In this document: one piece after another, positions 19,076 through 28,590 of the stretch
Layout: each line of letters starts with the position of its first letter
How positions within the stretch are numbered: the first letter of the stretch is position 1
Virus record (IMG/VR): IMGVR_UViG_2579778564_000015
Coordinates: 28,913 to 92,912 of that record
DNA from: a virus
Lineage: Duplodnaviria > Heunggongvirae > Uroviricota > Caudoviricetes
Strand: one strand, 5' to 3'
Length of the DNA: 64,000 nt
Translations under genes and position numbers: made by a program
The notes under the pieces: generated by a model
Databases searched by the model: none
The model's input: only the letters and a program-made list of their open reading frames with translations
Told to the model about the DNA's origin: nothing

Positions 19076-19630
19076 CTAAGCTTTTTGAGATTGTTTGTTC
19101 AGATCGTGACGATGGGTAAGTTCCCGCATCATGTCTTCGAGACGACCTTTGGCAACGTCCAACTGGTCAGCCATAGAGCCGAGCATTTGACGAACAGCCA
19201 TTGGATCATCACTCTTCAGATCAGGCATATCAAAACCTGCATGGCCGGTCATCAGCTTAAAGGCAGAAATAAGCATAGCCAGCGAGGATTTCAGACGGAC
19301 AATTTCGCGATCTTTACTGGCGACAGTTTCATCAGCTTTGTTGACGGCAGGCGAATATTTCTGTTCGCTGAGCATCTCCAGCGTCGCCCGAAGTTTTTTG
19401 GAACGATCTTTTTCTGCGAGATATTCGCTACCGAAATAATGAGCAATACTCAAGACTTCAATAGGCTCTTTAAAAATGCTTCCAAATTCCATTACAGAAG
19501 CAAAACGCTCTAAAGGTGATATTGATTCGTTGCCGACAACTGCACTAAGCATTTCCACAATGTTTTCTGCGCCTACTTCATTAATTACTTGCTGGGTTTT
19601 GACAATTCTGTCCTGGCATTTCTGGCACAT
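19076..19630 (-). CDS. hypothetical protein
   Basis: ATG at M10 of track ORF (MCQKCQ..); motif A upstream. Confidence 0.45.
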   Translation of the reverse strand: MCQKCQDRIVKTQQVINEVGAENIVEMLSAVVGNESISPLERFASVMEFGSIFKEPIEVLSIAHYFGSEYLAEKDRSKKLRATLEMLSEQKYSPAVNKADETVASKDREIVRLKSSLAMLISAFKLMTGHAGFDMPDLKSDDPMAVRQMLGSMADQLDVAKGRLEDMMRELTHRHDLNKQSQKA

Positions 19631-19647
19631 GCATTTTTCTCTTATGT

Positions 19648-19685
19648 TATTTAACAATTTGTTTTCTTAATGGTGTAATTATGAC
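19648..19685 (-). promoter_or_regulatory. upstream motif A copy
   Basis: tatttaacaatttgttttcttaatggtgtaattatgac. Confidence 0.45.
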
Positions 19686-19812
19686 TTTGCAGAAGAGGTA
19701 GACAAACACCATATACAGGTAAAGCAAGCATGGAAGGTTGGAAGACATCTGGAGTAAGAAAAGCTAAGTGTGCTCTCAATCTCCATATATCAGCTCTTCT
19801 TATGCCAAAGCC

Positions 19813-20397
19813 TTAGTCAGACAAGGAGGAATGACCGGTATAGCAGGCTGAGTCTGAATCGTGTCCAGCAGCATCCCATCCAGTAACACAGGTACTGATT
19901 CTGGAGTGGGTATTGTCTGCGATGGGGTGATGGTAAGGACTGTTTCCGGTATCAGAAGACTCTGCCCGGTTGGAATTGTTACGGCTGCCAGCGAAGCCAA
20001 AATTAGATTGTAGGCAATTGGTTTCAGTCGCATTAGCTGAAATTTTTCCATTAGAACTTTCCTTGTGCGTCTGGTTATGGCGCAGCACACGAGATACGGT
20101 AGATTTGCAGGTTCTGTCTAGAGCTACAGTAGTTCCAAGATTTGCAATGGCTGTAGCCTGCGCTTCAGCTCGTTTCTCAAGTTCAAAAACACGCTCCTCC
20201 AGTTCTTCCAGACGTGCAGAAATACGGCCGCTTAACAATGCCGTTAAAGTCTGGCGTATTGAGTGAAGTCGTTTATTGAAAGAAGTGAAAGGCGTTTGAC
20301 GTGCCATTGAGGGGTTCCATTCTTTGTCAGAAAGAGTTGCGGATGGCCATGCCATCCGCCGTTTTGTGTTCCGTCCTGGAACAGCGCCTACCGACAC
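19813..20397 (-). CDS. hypothetical protein
   Basis: GTG start with AGGA RBS, or ATG at 20355; coiled-coil segment. Confidence 0.35.
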   Translation of the reverse strand: MSVGAVPGRNTKRRMAWPSATLSDKEWNPSMARQTPFTSFNKRLHSIRQTLTALLSGRISARLEELEERVFELEKRAEAQATAIANLGTTVALDRTCKSTVSRVLRHNQTHKESSNGKISANATETNCLQSNFGFAGSRNNSNRAESSDTGNSPYHHPIADNTHSRISTCVTGWDAAGHDSDSACYTGHSSLSD

Positions 20398-20437
20398 TTC
20401 GTCATCCTGACGAACGATAAGATAACTGATTTACATA

Positions 20438-20465
20438 GATAGGTAAATACTTACTTATTATTTTG
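20438..20465 (-). promoter_or_regulatory. upstream motif B copy
   Basis: ataggtaaatacttacttattattttg. Confidence 0.4.
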
Positions 20466-21056
20466 TGTCAAAAAACCACTATCTCGCTTTTGAGGGGTGT
20501 CTGCTGCTGAATATGCAGCCAGCTTTGCCAGACGATCACATATTTCATTTTCACGATGTCCATTATGACCCTTAACCCATTGCCAACGGACATTATGACG
20601 ACTAGCTACTACATCAAGACGCTTCCAAAGATCTACATTTTTGACTGGCTTTTTCTCGGAAGTTACCCACCCGTTGCGCTTCCAACCCTTTAGCCAAAGA
20701 GTCATACCGTTTTTAAGATACTGGCTATCAGTATGCAGAATCACGTTACAGGGATGCTTCAAACACTCCAGCGCCATCAGTGCGCCCATCATTTCCATTC
20801 GGTTATTGGTGGTGCTGTAAAACCCATCAGAAAGTTCGCGTTCTTCGCCACGATACTGATAAACCACACCGTATCCACCTGGGCCACCAGGGTTCTTCAA
20901 ACAAGAGCCGTCACTGAACACTTTCACGGTCTTAAGCTGGGGGTTGAACTCAACTACTGGGGTTTTAAAGATGGTGCTGGAGTGATGGGGGTGGCGTCGG
21001 GGTTTTGTATTAGGTCGACTACTGGCTTTTCTGTGGTCTGGTGTTTTTGTCTTCAT
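20451..21056 (-). CDS. rnhA: ribonuclease HI with basic N-terminal extension
   Basis: DGSC..GGYG..TNNRMEL..TDSQY..HAGH.ENE motifs colinear with E. coli RNase HI. Confidence 0.75.
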   Translation of the reverse strand: MKTKTPDHRKASSRPNTKPRRHPHHSSTIFKTPVVEFNPQLKTVKVFSDGSCLKNPGGPGGYGVVYQYRGEERELSDGFYSTTNNRMEMMGALMALECLKHPCNVILHTDSQYLKNGMTLWLKGWKRNGWVTSEKKPVKNVDLWKRLDVVASRHNVRWQWVKGHNGHRENEICDRLAKLAAYSAADTPQKRDSGFLTQNNK

Positions 21057-21059
21057 TTT

Positions 21060-21500
21060 GGCTCCAGTAAGTGAGCGCCGCCGCGATTTTTTTTTCCTCG
21101 CGCGTGTGCGTGTGCGTGTATTACATAAAAATTTTCAAAAAGAACTTACTTCCCAGAACAAGGAAGTTAATCCCTGAACTGAACGAACGAAGTGAGTGAA
21201 GTTCACCTCGAACGAAGTGAGAGGTTGTTTTTCAGGTAATATTTTCCCAGGGAGGTGAGTACAAAATTTCCTCACCAGCCTGGTCGTTACATAACCTGAA
21301 AAGTTATGACCTAAGTCTACTGCCAGCTTAGGTTTGGGAAGTTATGGATGACAGCATCCCAGAACCGAGATCTTCCCACATTTTATGAAGGGGAGCTGGG
21401 AACACAACCTCTCTAAATCCCAGACTCGACAATCATAAAATGACCCTTGTCTCTGCTCACTTTGGTTCCCCCTTCCCCAACCCCAAAAAGGTCAGTTCTA
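21060..21500. repeat. repeat-rich intergenic region
   Basis: (GTGC/GT)n tract, GAACGAAGTGAG x2, recurring (T)CCCAG motifs; no ORF. Confidence 0.4.
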
Positions 21501-21636
21501 CGCTGGTAGTGAGCTTTTTAAATCTGATGCCAGTGACACTTTCCCCCACCCATCAGATCGAGCTTTCGATAATGATGAAAGCGAAAGGATTTTAGCACTG
21601 GCACCAAGAGCAGTAAATGGTATGTACTTACCTATT

Positions 21637-21864
21637 TTATTGATTGATTTCCTCTCTTCCATTAAGCTGGGTGTTAAGTGCAAAGACCTCATTAATGAGT
21701 TCGCCAAGCAATTGCTCAACAAATTCTTTATTTTCGCCTGTACGCAAACATTTAATCGCCCATTCGTACAAGTTGAAAGCCTGTTCTCGATCTTTCATCA
21801 TATCGCGGGTCTTGACCAAAAAGTCGCTCTCAACGAGAGCTACAATGTTTGTCGGGTATACCAT
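21637..21864 (-). CDS. hypothetical protein
   Basis: 75-aa ORF with AAGGA RBS. Confidence 0.4.
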   Translation of the reverse strand: MVYPTNIVALVESDFLVKTRDMMKDREQAFNLYEWAIKCLRTGENKEFVEQLLGELINEVFALNTQLNGREEINQ

Positions 21865-21969
21865 GAGTTTTCCTTACAGTGGTTCATAAAATCGATTCTA
21901 GAACTTCCTGGGAGGGGAACTATTGAATTCTGATTGTTTTTCAGGTCTGGGGGATCTCGATACTAAAAA

Positions 21970-22025
21970 GCCTGCTTCCGTATATATTTAATAAGTTATT
22001 TATTATTTAATATACGGAAGCAGGT
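21970..22025 (-). terminator. terminator: 15-bp perfect stem with AT-rich loop
   Basis: cctgcttccgtatat...atatacggaagcagg; T-run on minus strand. Confidence 0.5.
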
Positions 22026-22051
22026 TCTCAAACTAACACCCAGACTGGCGT

Positions 22052-22645
22052 TTACGCTGCCTTTTTACGTGGTCTCTTCTTCCTGACTACATTGGCAGGA
22101 TCATAACCGCCCAGCTTTTTCATCACCGCCAGTGGTATCTTACTGATAGTGTGCCCAGCTTCCTGGCAATAGCCTCGGAAGATAAGTAACATGCTGCCAC
22201 CAGGGTTGATGTTTACCTCCACCAGCCCAAGTTCAACATCCGGCTCAACGAACGCCACGCGGCCGCCAGACAAGATTACGGTTTCGTTGGCGCATTCAGC
22301 CGCACGCTCGTACCACTGCGTATCGAGAGATTGTGGTATCAGCATGACCGTCGTCACTCCGCGCGCCTGCTCGCGAATGGCTGCGTCTATCCAAGGGGTG
22401 ATTTTGGAGTAGGGCGGGTTAAGGAACGCCACAGTACCAAGTTCTCCCCAGCTGCACTTGAGCGCATCGCGCTCAACACCGATAAAGTTCGTCAGGAGAG
22501 CATTATTTTTGTCGCAGGCGACGTCCACATTGAACTTTACGCCTATGTAACGTTGGATGGCGACAAACAACCACTGCGGTGTGCGCCAAAGGTCGCGAAG
22601 AGAGGCATCACGCTCTCGTTTTTTTATCTTTTCTGCTGCTATCAT
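22052..22645 (-). CDS. dam: DNA adenine methyltransferase (Dam-like)
   Basis: NPPYS motif IV, ~197 aa alpha-class N6A MTase architecture. Confidence 0.6.
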   Translation of the reverse strand: MIAAEKIKKRERDASLRDLWRTPQWLFVAIQRYIGVKFNVDVACDKNNALLTNFIGVERDALKCSWGELGTVAFLNPPYSKITPWIDAAIREQARGVTTVMLIPQSLDTQWYERAAECANETVILSGGRVAFVEPDVELGLVEVNINPGGSMLLIFRGYCQEAGHTISKIPLAVMKKLGGYDPANVVRKKRPRKKAA

Positions 22646-22655
22646 CGCTCACACC

Positions 22656-22682
22656 AATAAGTAATTACATACCTATTTTTTC
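22656..22682 (-). promoter_or_regulatory. upstream motif B copy
   Basis: aataagtaattacatacctattttttc. Confidence 0.45.
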
Positions 22683-22829
22683 ATTTCGTAGAGCAGATGG
22701 CAAACAAAAAGAATAACGCACCAGAATTGCGAGCGTGAAGCTCTCTGGTGCGTTATCTTGACGCTGGGTATGATTAGCTTTACCAGCGTCAAAAAGCTCT
22801 CATATGGCTTTAAATTTAGTAGGGGAACT

Positions 22830-23624
22830 TCATCCAATAGAATACTCCGCCACAAACTTCTTAACAATCGGCGACTCTTCATTGAGCGTAAGATTACCCC
22901 CTTCGCGAATCGCAACTCCTGTAGCCGGAAACACGGCCATCATCTGGCCCGCCTGTGTAGACGCAGTACTAAGAGGATATGGCTTATCAGGATGACTCAT
23001 TAATGCTAACTTGATGCTATTACTTGTAGCCGTCTTAGCATCAATAAGATGTCGCATAGCAATGATCGTATAGATGCTTATTTCTGGGCCGCCATTAAAC
23101 CAATTAAGTAGATTTAAAATCTTATCTTTTGCCTTCATTGGCGCCTTCTCAAAATCCTTACTGAACACATCATTATTCAGGCCGGCTGACAGATAAAATG
23201 AATCATCTTTATCTTCTAAAGTGAATCTGGATCTTGGTGACGTCCGGTTTGATTTTTCTCCCTTAGATTTTAGCTTTAAAGTGTCTTTAGATGTCTCCAA
23301 CAATGGTGGAGAGTCAGTATTATTGCTTTGGCTGGAGCCTTCGTTTTTCGTTGGGTCAGCCGCAATAACGCTTACGGATTCGCCTTCAATCTCAAGCTTT
23401 TCAAGCTCTTCTTTCACGTCGCCCAACGACTTTTCGTTGATAACCTCATCAGCGATCATTGAGACAGGCTTAGATATGTCGTCATCCAGCCCAGCAAGCA
23501 GATCTTCAATTTTTTCAACATCACTTGCTTTTACAGCTTTGGTAACAGGCTTATCTAATGACTGTAACATGGCTGTTAATTCATCAAGTTCATCATTTTT
23601 TACTGCATTGTTTATATTTCCCAT
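22830..23624 (-). CDS. hypothetical acidic protein
   Basis: 264-aa ORF. Confidence 0.45.
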   Translation of the reverse strand: MGNINNAVKNDELDELTAMLQSLDKPVTKAVKASDVEKIEDLLAGLDDDISKPVSMIADEVINEKSLGDVKEELEKLEIEGESVSVIAADPTKNEGSSQSNNTDSPPLLETSKDTLKLKSKGEKSNRTSPRSRFTLEDKDDSFYLSAGLNNDVFSKDFEKAPMKAKDKILNLLNWFNGGPEISIYTIIAMRHLIDAKTATSNSIKLALMSHPDKPYPLSTASTQAGQMMAVFPATGVAIREGGNLTLNEESPIVKKFVAEYSIG

Positions 23625-23750
23625 CTTTGTCTCCTTTGCGATTGGCTTTGCTCTTACGTTTTTATTGAGTGTATTTTGCCCAAACCTATCAGGCGGAAAA
23701 GATACAAATACAGGCAGCTGATTCGATTGAAGGTAAAAATAAAAGCGCCA

Positions 23751-24308
23751 TCAGGCGCTTTCGAAGGGAAGTTTGAAGAATCCGTATTTTTCTCTTGCTT
23801 TAAAAAAGCATTGCATCATCAAATCTGTATCGTAGAGTGCGCCGTGAGCTTTTTCTCGGTCATAAATAAATCCGAGAGAAAATGCCAGTTCCTCCAGACG
23901 AGGTCGTTTGCCATCTTCGGTGGCCCACAATCCATCAAGCATGGTGTCAACGATAGGTACTGATGGTAGTTTCACTCCATAGCTGGCAAATTCGTGGCGA
24001 ATAAACGGGATATCGAATGCCTCACCATTATGTGCAACCCATATCTGACACTGTGCCATGTATGCCGCCACGTCTTTGGCGTGATCTGCCAATAACGGTT
24101 CTGCGACAAGTTTCTCAAGAGAGATCCCATGCACAGCCTGAGCTTTTGGATCAATACTGCGTCGAGGATTGAAACGCATCTCAAGGCTGTCAATATGTGT
24201 ATGAGTGTCTAAATCGTAGCGTGTAATCGCTATTTCAATGATTTTGTGGCCTGATGTATAGTCAAGGCCTGTGGATTCAATATCAATTCCACCGACAATT
24301 TTGGTCAT
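23751..24308 (-). CDS. DnaQ-like 3'-5' exonuclease (DEDDh)
   Basis: Exo I GIDIESTG, Exo II HNGEAFD, Exo III HGALYDTD. Confidence 0.7.
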   Translation of the reverse strand: MTKIVGGIDIESTGLDYTSGHKIIEIAITRYDLDTHTHIDSLEMRFNPRRSIDPKAQAVHGISLEKLVAEPLLADHAKDVAAYMAQCQIWVAHNGEAFDIPFIRHEFASYGVKLPSVPIVDTMLDGLWATEDGKRPRLEELAFSLGFIYDREKAHGALYDTDLMMQCFFKAREKYGFFKLPFESA

Positions 24309-24317
24309 GGTTAATCC

Positions 24318-24776
24318 TTACAACTTTTTGGCGCCTTTCAGCAGTGCGCTACGCACAAACTGGGCCGCTTTTTTTAAGGTCTCACCAGCACTTTCACAAA
24401 CAATTGGTGTACGCCATTCGCCTGTTGAAGTGTTTAAAATGCTAATTTGATTGGTATCAAGACAAATAGAAATGTAAAGCACCGTACCGCTAGTCAGTTT
24501 TAGGTGCATGGGGAACAATGGCTGCTTCGTTCCACTATTGAACTGTGACATTGCCACATTAATAGCCTCTCCAACTTCTTCGCCAACAAGACCCTGTACT
24601 GATTCAAATACAGCTCGTATGGCCAGACGTGCTTCACGATCTGTCATTAGCGAACGGGACTGTTCGTCTGCAATGCGGAGCATTGCTTCTATCACTTTAC
24701 GATCCAACTCATCTGACAGAAGAAGTTCATCTATCATGCTATTTTTCCTCATCTCACTTGCGTACTGTATTGTCAC
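24318..24776 (-). CDS. hypothetical protein
   Basis: 152-aa ORF. Confidence 0.45.
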   Translation of the reverse strand: MTIQYASEMRKNSMIDELLLSDELDRKVIEAMLRIADEQSRSLMTDREARLAIRAVFESVQGLVGEEVGEAINVAMSQFNSGTKQPLFPMHLKLTSGTVLYISICLDTNQISILNTSTGEWRTPIVCESAGETLKKAAQFVRSALLKGAKKL

Positions 24777-24799
24777 ATCGCTTAGCAGGTGAACAACTG

Positions 24800-25444
24800 T
24801 CAGTGTAGGGTCACTCTACCAATTGAACGGCGCTCTATGTTTTCCGCAACCCGATCCAGTACACGCATGACAGACCTTGCTCGCGCTTCCACTGTTTTGC
24901 ATTTTTCGGAGATGACGAACACCTGCAAATCACCTATCTTTGGTAGCGCATTAATTTTGGTAAGTTCGCCACACATCAGCGCATCAATGCGCGCTACGTA
25001 AAGATGGTCGAGAGAGCCGCGTTGCTTACGCTTACGATCGGCATCTGTTAGCATTACTCCAGGACGCAACCCAACAATAGCGTTAAAGTTACTTACTGCT
25101 GCCTTATGGCAGAATCGTTCAATGTCCAACGCCAGCTTAATGCAGCGGTCTTCGTTTGACTGGCCTACCAAATCCAACGTGTAAGCAACAACATCAGCGG
25201 GCGTTCTGTCTATAACAAAACCATCCATGCCACGGGTAATAGTCTCGATATGTCGAGCTATTTCCATTTGCACTTGCAGACGTTCATAAAGTGGCAATTC
25301 TTCACCAACTTTGACGCCAAGCCTGCTCATCAGCTTACCTACGCCGGCGTCTACATACGGAACTCCGTAGTGCTCGTCTATATATTTCGCCAGGGTTGTT
25401 TTGCCACTGCCCTGAGCACCAGTGATCCCAATACGGTAATCCAT
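24800..25444 (-). CDS. P-loop nucleotide kinase (dNMP kinase-like)
   Basis: Walker A GITGAQGSGKTT at N-terminus, ~214 aa. Confidence 0.45.
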   Translation of the reverse strand: MDYRIGITGAQGSGKTTLAKYIDEHYGVPYVDAGVGKLMSRLGVKVGEELPLYERLQVQMEIARHIETITRGMDGFVIDRTPADVVAYTLDLVGQSNEDRCIKLALDIERFCHKAAVSNFNAIVGLRPGVMLTDADRKRKQRGSLDHLYVARIDALMCGELTKINALPKIGDLQVFVISEKCKTVEARARSVMRVLDRVAENIERRSIGRVTLH

Positions 25445-25920
25445 TACGACCTTCTGTAAACAATCTGCAAAAATCCAGGTTCAGATTCATTCGCACGTTG
25501 GGTATAAGCCGTTTCAACTGGTATAAAACCTAAAGAACGCATCATTGGCGCCGGGAAGAACGCATCCGCGCCCGGCACATCCACGCCAATATGCGACAGC
25601 CAGATCTCTTCTACGTGTGGCATAAAGAGCGAGTAAATCTGCCCGCCACCAATCACCCAGACCGGATCTGGTAGTCTCAAAACGTCATCGATGCCAGCGG
25701 GGTAGAACCCATTGGGGATATAGCCACGAGAGCGCGTCAAAACGAGGTTATGGCGCTCTGGCAGCGGGCGTTTAAGACTTTCCATCGTCTTACGTCCCAT
25801 CACGACAGTGGCGTTTTTGGTGAGTTGTTTGAACAGTTTCAGATCGGTCGGGCAACGCCAGGGAAGTTCGTTGCCAATGCCGATTTCATAGTTGCGGCCG
25901 ACAGCTGCAATCATCTTCAT
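25444..25920 (-). CDS. folA: dihydrofolate reductase
   Basis: MIAAVGRNYEIG..LPW...VVMGRKT pattern of DHFR. Confidence 0.8.
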   Translation of the reverse strand: MKMIAAVGRNYEIGIGNELPWRCPTDLKLFKQLTKNATVVMGRKTMESLKRPLPERHNLVLTRSRGYIPNGFYPAGIDDVLRLPDPVWVIGGGQIYSLFMPHVEEIWLSHIGVDVPGADAFFPAPMMRSLGFIPVETAYTQRANESEPGFLQIVYRRS

Positions 25921-26330
25921 TGGCTTACCTCATAGATGGTTGGTCGCTGGTGAGAATCTGCCAGCGCAGAACGCAGACGCGGATCGTGAACCAGTGCGGC
26001 GATAAGTAAGTCGCCTTTGTGCTCTGCCAATGTGCGCTTGATATGGGTTTCAAAATTGACGCCATGAGGAACCAAATGAAGCCAGTCATAATCAATGCCG
26101 AAATCTTTCAACCAACGTTTCGTTGGCGCTTCTAGCGATTCTGGACGACTACTGATAAGCGCCACTTCTGCCCCGGATCGAGTAAAGCCACGCAACATAC
26201 GACTGGTGGAAAAAATAAGTTCATCACCTGCAATAAGAGCACCTGCATCTGCATCAGATACAGATTTACGATGGCTAACTCTCGCTAACGCACCTTCAAT
26301 TTCACACAGTACATACATGCCTCTCGCCAT
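25917..26330 (-). CDS. HAD-like phosphatase-fold protein (variant motif I)
   Basis: YVLCEIEGALA resembles DxDGT with Glu for Asp; start at M14. Confidence 0.3.
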   Translation of the reverse strand: MARGMYVLCEIEGALARVSHRKSVSDADAGALIAGDELIFSTSRMLRGFTRSGAEVALISSRPESLEAPTKRWLKDFGIDYDWLHLVPHGVNFETHIKRTLAEHKGDLLIAALVHDPRLRSALADSHQRPTIYEVSQ

Positions 26331-26341
26331 ATCACACCGCC

Positions 26342-27445
26342 TCACACCGCCACTGGAACTTTGATCCACGGAAGAGGGTTATAGCCACAGATCTGCACAT
26401 CATCCCATTTGAAATCGTCCAGTTCTGCCCATTCATGCGGAAAGATGACAACCGGATCAGAATCTCCAGGAATACCTCGCCCCATAAGCTCTTGAGCAGC
26501 CTCCATGTGGTTGTCATACAGATGAACGTCAAAGCCAAAATGCACGAATGCGCCAGCCATGTGGTCGGTAATCTTCGCGAGGAAGTGGGTGAGAATGCCG
26601 TAACCGGCGATGTTGAACGGCATACCAACAAAGGTATCGACGCTGCGCTGCACCAGGCATGAGTTCAGGATACGTTTAGGGATGCCCAGTTCGTCCAGCA
26701 TGTTCTCGGCAATGCCGCCATCTCTTTCCAGAAGACACAGCATCTGGGTGTAAATGGACTCATGGCCGTGGCGGTTGTGCTGAATACCAATGTCGGTTGC
26801 CATCATCAGTCGAGTCTCAAAGTCCAGCTCGCGACTCCACAGTGAGAACACGAAATGGCATGGCGGCAGCTTCATGTCTTCCAGTTCGCCAACATTCCAG
26901 GCATTCAGCAGAATGCGACGATCTGTAGGGTTGGTGCGAAGCGTGTCAACGATACGTTGTAGCTGGTCGATTTCACGGGACAAAACAACTCGATCTTCAC
27001 TCACGCCCAGATACCCCTCGATCTTGTACCCGCGTTCACGGAACGTGTTGATTTTGCTAAGATACTCACTATGGCTCACGATGCGAGTGTCTTCCCACCT
27101 ACGCCATTGCTTGCCATAGACTGGGCCTAAATCACCATTTTCATCAGCCCAGGCATCCCAGATTTTTACGCCATTGTCTTTCAGGAACTGGATGTTGCCC
27201 GTTCCTTTTAGATACCACTCCAGCTCAACCAGTAACGGCTTTAGATTGACAGTTTTTCCGGAAATAAGCGGGACTGAGCCGCCCGTCAGCATGTAGTAGG
27301 AAGGGACATATGAAACGCTTTTCGTGCCGATTCCAGTGCGATCACCTGCGTGAACGCCAGTGTTGAGCACCGTTTCAACCACTTTGACATATGAACCACT
27401 GGCAAACTGACCGTTGGTATTTTCTCGATTAAGAAGGATAGACAA
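26342..27445 (-). CDS. thyA: thymidylate synthase (long form with insertions)
   Basis: WDAWADENGDLGPVYGKQWR, LPPCH, C-terminal GY.P..IK.PVA; TTG start with GAGG RBS (track GTG start lies inside motif B). Confidence 0.8.
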   Translation of the reverse strand: MSILLNRENTNGQFASGSYVKVVETVLNTGVHAGDRTGIGTKSVSYVPSYYMLTGGSVPLISGKTVNLKPLLVELEWYLKGTGNIQFLKDNGVKIWDAWADENGDLGPVYGKQWRRWEDTRIVSHSEYLSKINTFRERGYKIEGYLGVSEDRVVLSREIDQLQRIVDTLRTNPTDRRILLNAWNVGELEDMKLPPCHFVFSLWSRELDFETRLMMATDIGIQHNRHGHESIYTQMLCLLERDGGIAENMLDELGIPKRILNSCLVQRSVDTFVGMPFNIAGYGILTHFLAKITDHMAGAFVHFGFDVHLYDNHMEAAQELMGRGIPGDSDPVVIFPHEWAELDDFKWDDVQICGYNPLPWIKVPVAV

Positions 27446-27459
27446 GTTAAACCTCGCAA

Positions 27460-27485
27460 GATAAGTAATCACATACCTATTATCT
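27460..27485 (-). promoter_or_regulatory. upstream motif B copy
   Basis: agataagtaatcacatacctattatc. Confidence 0.45.
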
Positions 27486-27635
27486 TACACGATTTTAACT
27501 GTATGGAATCTAGTCTCGCAATAAATAAGCAGAAAAAATGGTGGCACAAGGCCACCATAAAAGAGAGTAACAAAGAGAGCTACAAAGAGATAGAAAACAT
27601 ACACGCAGACACAATATATTATAATAAGTTAGTAC

Positions 27636-28511
27636 TTACAATTTATTTTTTACTACATCGTAAAGTGATGAAGACTTAGCCTTCTGAACAAAACGAGAGA
27701 GATCAACATCACTATAGGTAGGGGATTTGAGTATTTTTCCATCTGAGAGACGATAGCCAATCATCATCTCAGTCCCTTCAGCATGTCTGAAGCCAAGATC
27801 ATTTTTATCGTATTTGCAGTTTTCAACCGCTATACGACGTTCCTCTATGTCTGCCGGCCATAGTTTTGTCATGTTAGAACGATGGATTTCAGACACCAGC
27901 TCGACGATATCGATACCCAGAAACTCAGCAAGACGGTAAGTCATCATGCACGCAACGTAGATTTTATTCATAACACGGCGCAGCTCCTGGATAAGCTCAG
28001 AATCGCTTATGTTTGTGAATGCAAGTTTGTCAGCCAGTTCTTCCAGCATTATCGCCGCCTCATGTGCCTCCCTGAATGGCATAGCCATATCATCAAACAC
28101 GGTATTCCCAGGTACGTAAATAGTAGTCATGAATCGATCAACGCTTTGTTCTTGAGTGTAGTAACTCATACCTGTAGAGATGCCGCCCTTTATGGCCACC
28201 ATTGTGCCAATTCCTACATAAAGAAAATCCGCCATTGCATCCAGTAATTGCTCAATATCCCCATTCATTGCGGCAGGAATACCTTCTGTTACAGCTTCTT
28301 CATGAATTAGGCTCGCACGTAAACGTAGCAGTGACGGATCTGGCATTACACGACGAGGATGCTGAAACAGTGCATGGAACTGGTCAACCATCATGTAAAT
28401 ACTTTCAGTAGCGCTACCAAAGCCTGGTTTAAGCTCATACGGCTCAGGTTTAAAACCTACCAGCTTGTCTGCGACTAGTTTCAGATGGTCGGTCAGTTTC
28501 GTGAAATTCAT
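27636..28511 (-). CDS. tandem MazG-like NTP pyrophosphohydrolase
   Basis: two EExxE..D all-alpha NTP-PPase-like segments; AAGGA RBS at M7 start. Confidence 0.4.
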   Translation of the reverse strand: MNFTKLTDHLKLVADKLVGFKPEPYELKPGFGSATESIYMMVDQFHALFQHPRRVMPDPSLLRLRASLIHEEAVTEGIPAAMNGDIEQLLDAMADFLYVGIGTMVAIKGGISTGMSYYTQEQSVDRFMTTIYVPGNTVFDDMAMPFREAHEAAIMLEELADKLAFTNISDSELIQELRRVMNKIYVACMMTYRLAEFLGIDIVELVSEIHRSNMTKLWPADIEERRIAVENCKYDKNDLGFRHAEGTEMMIGYRLSDGKILKSPTYSDVDLSRFVQKAKSSSLYDVVKNKL

Positions 28512-28590
28512 GTTTTTCCTTTCCTTCATACATATTCATCGAGTCCATTGTGACCCAGCGTGGCAAGGTCACGAAATTTTACTATCAGGC

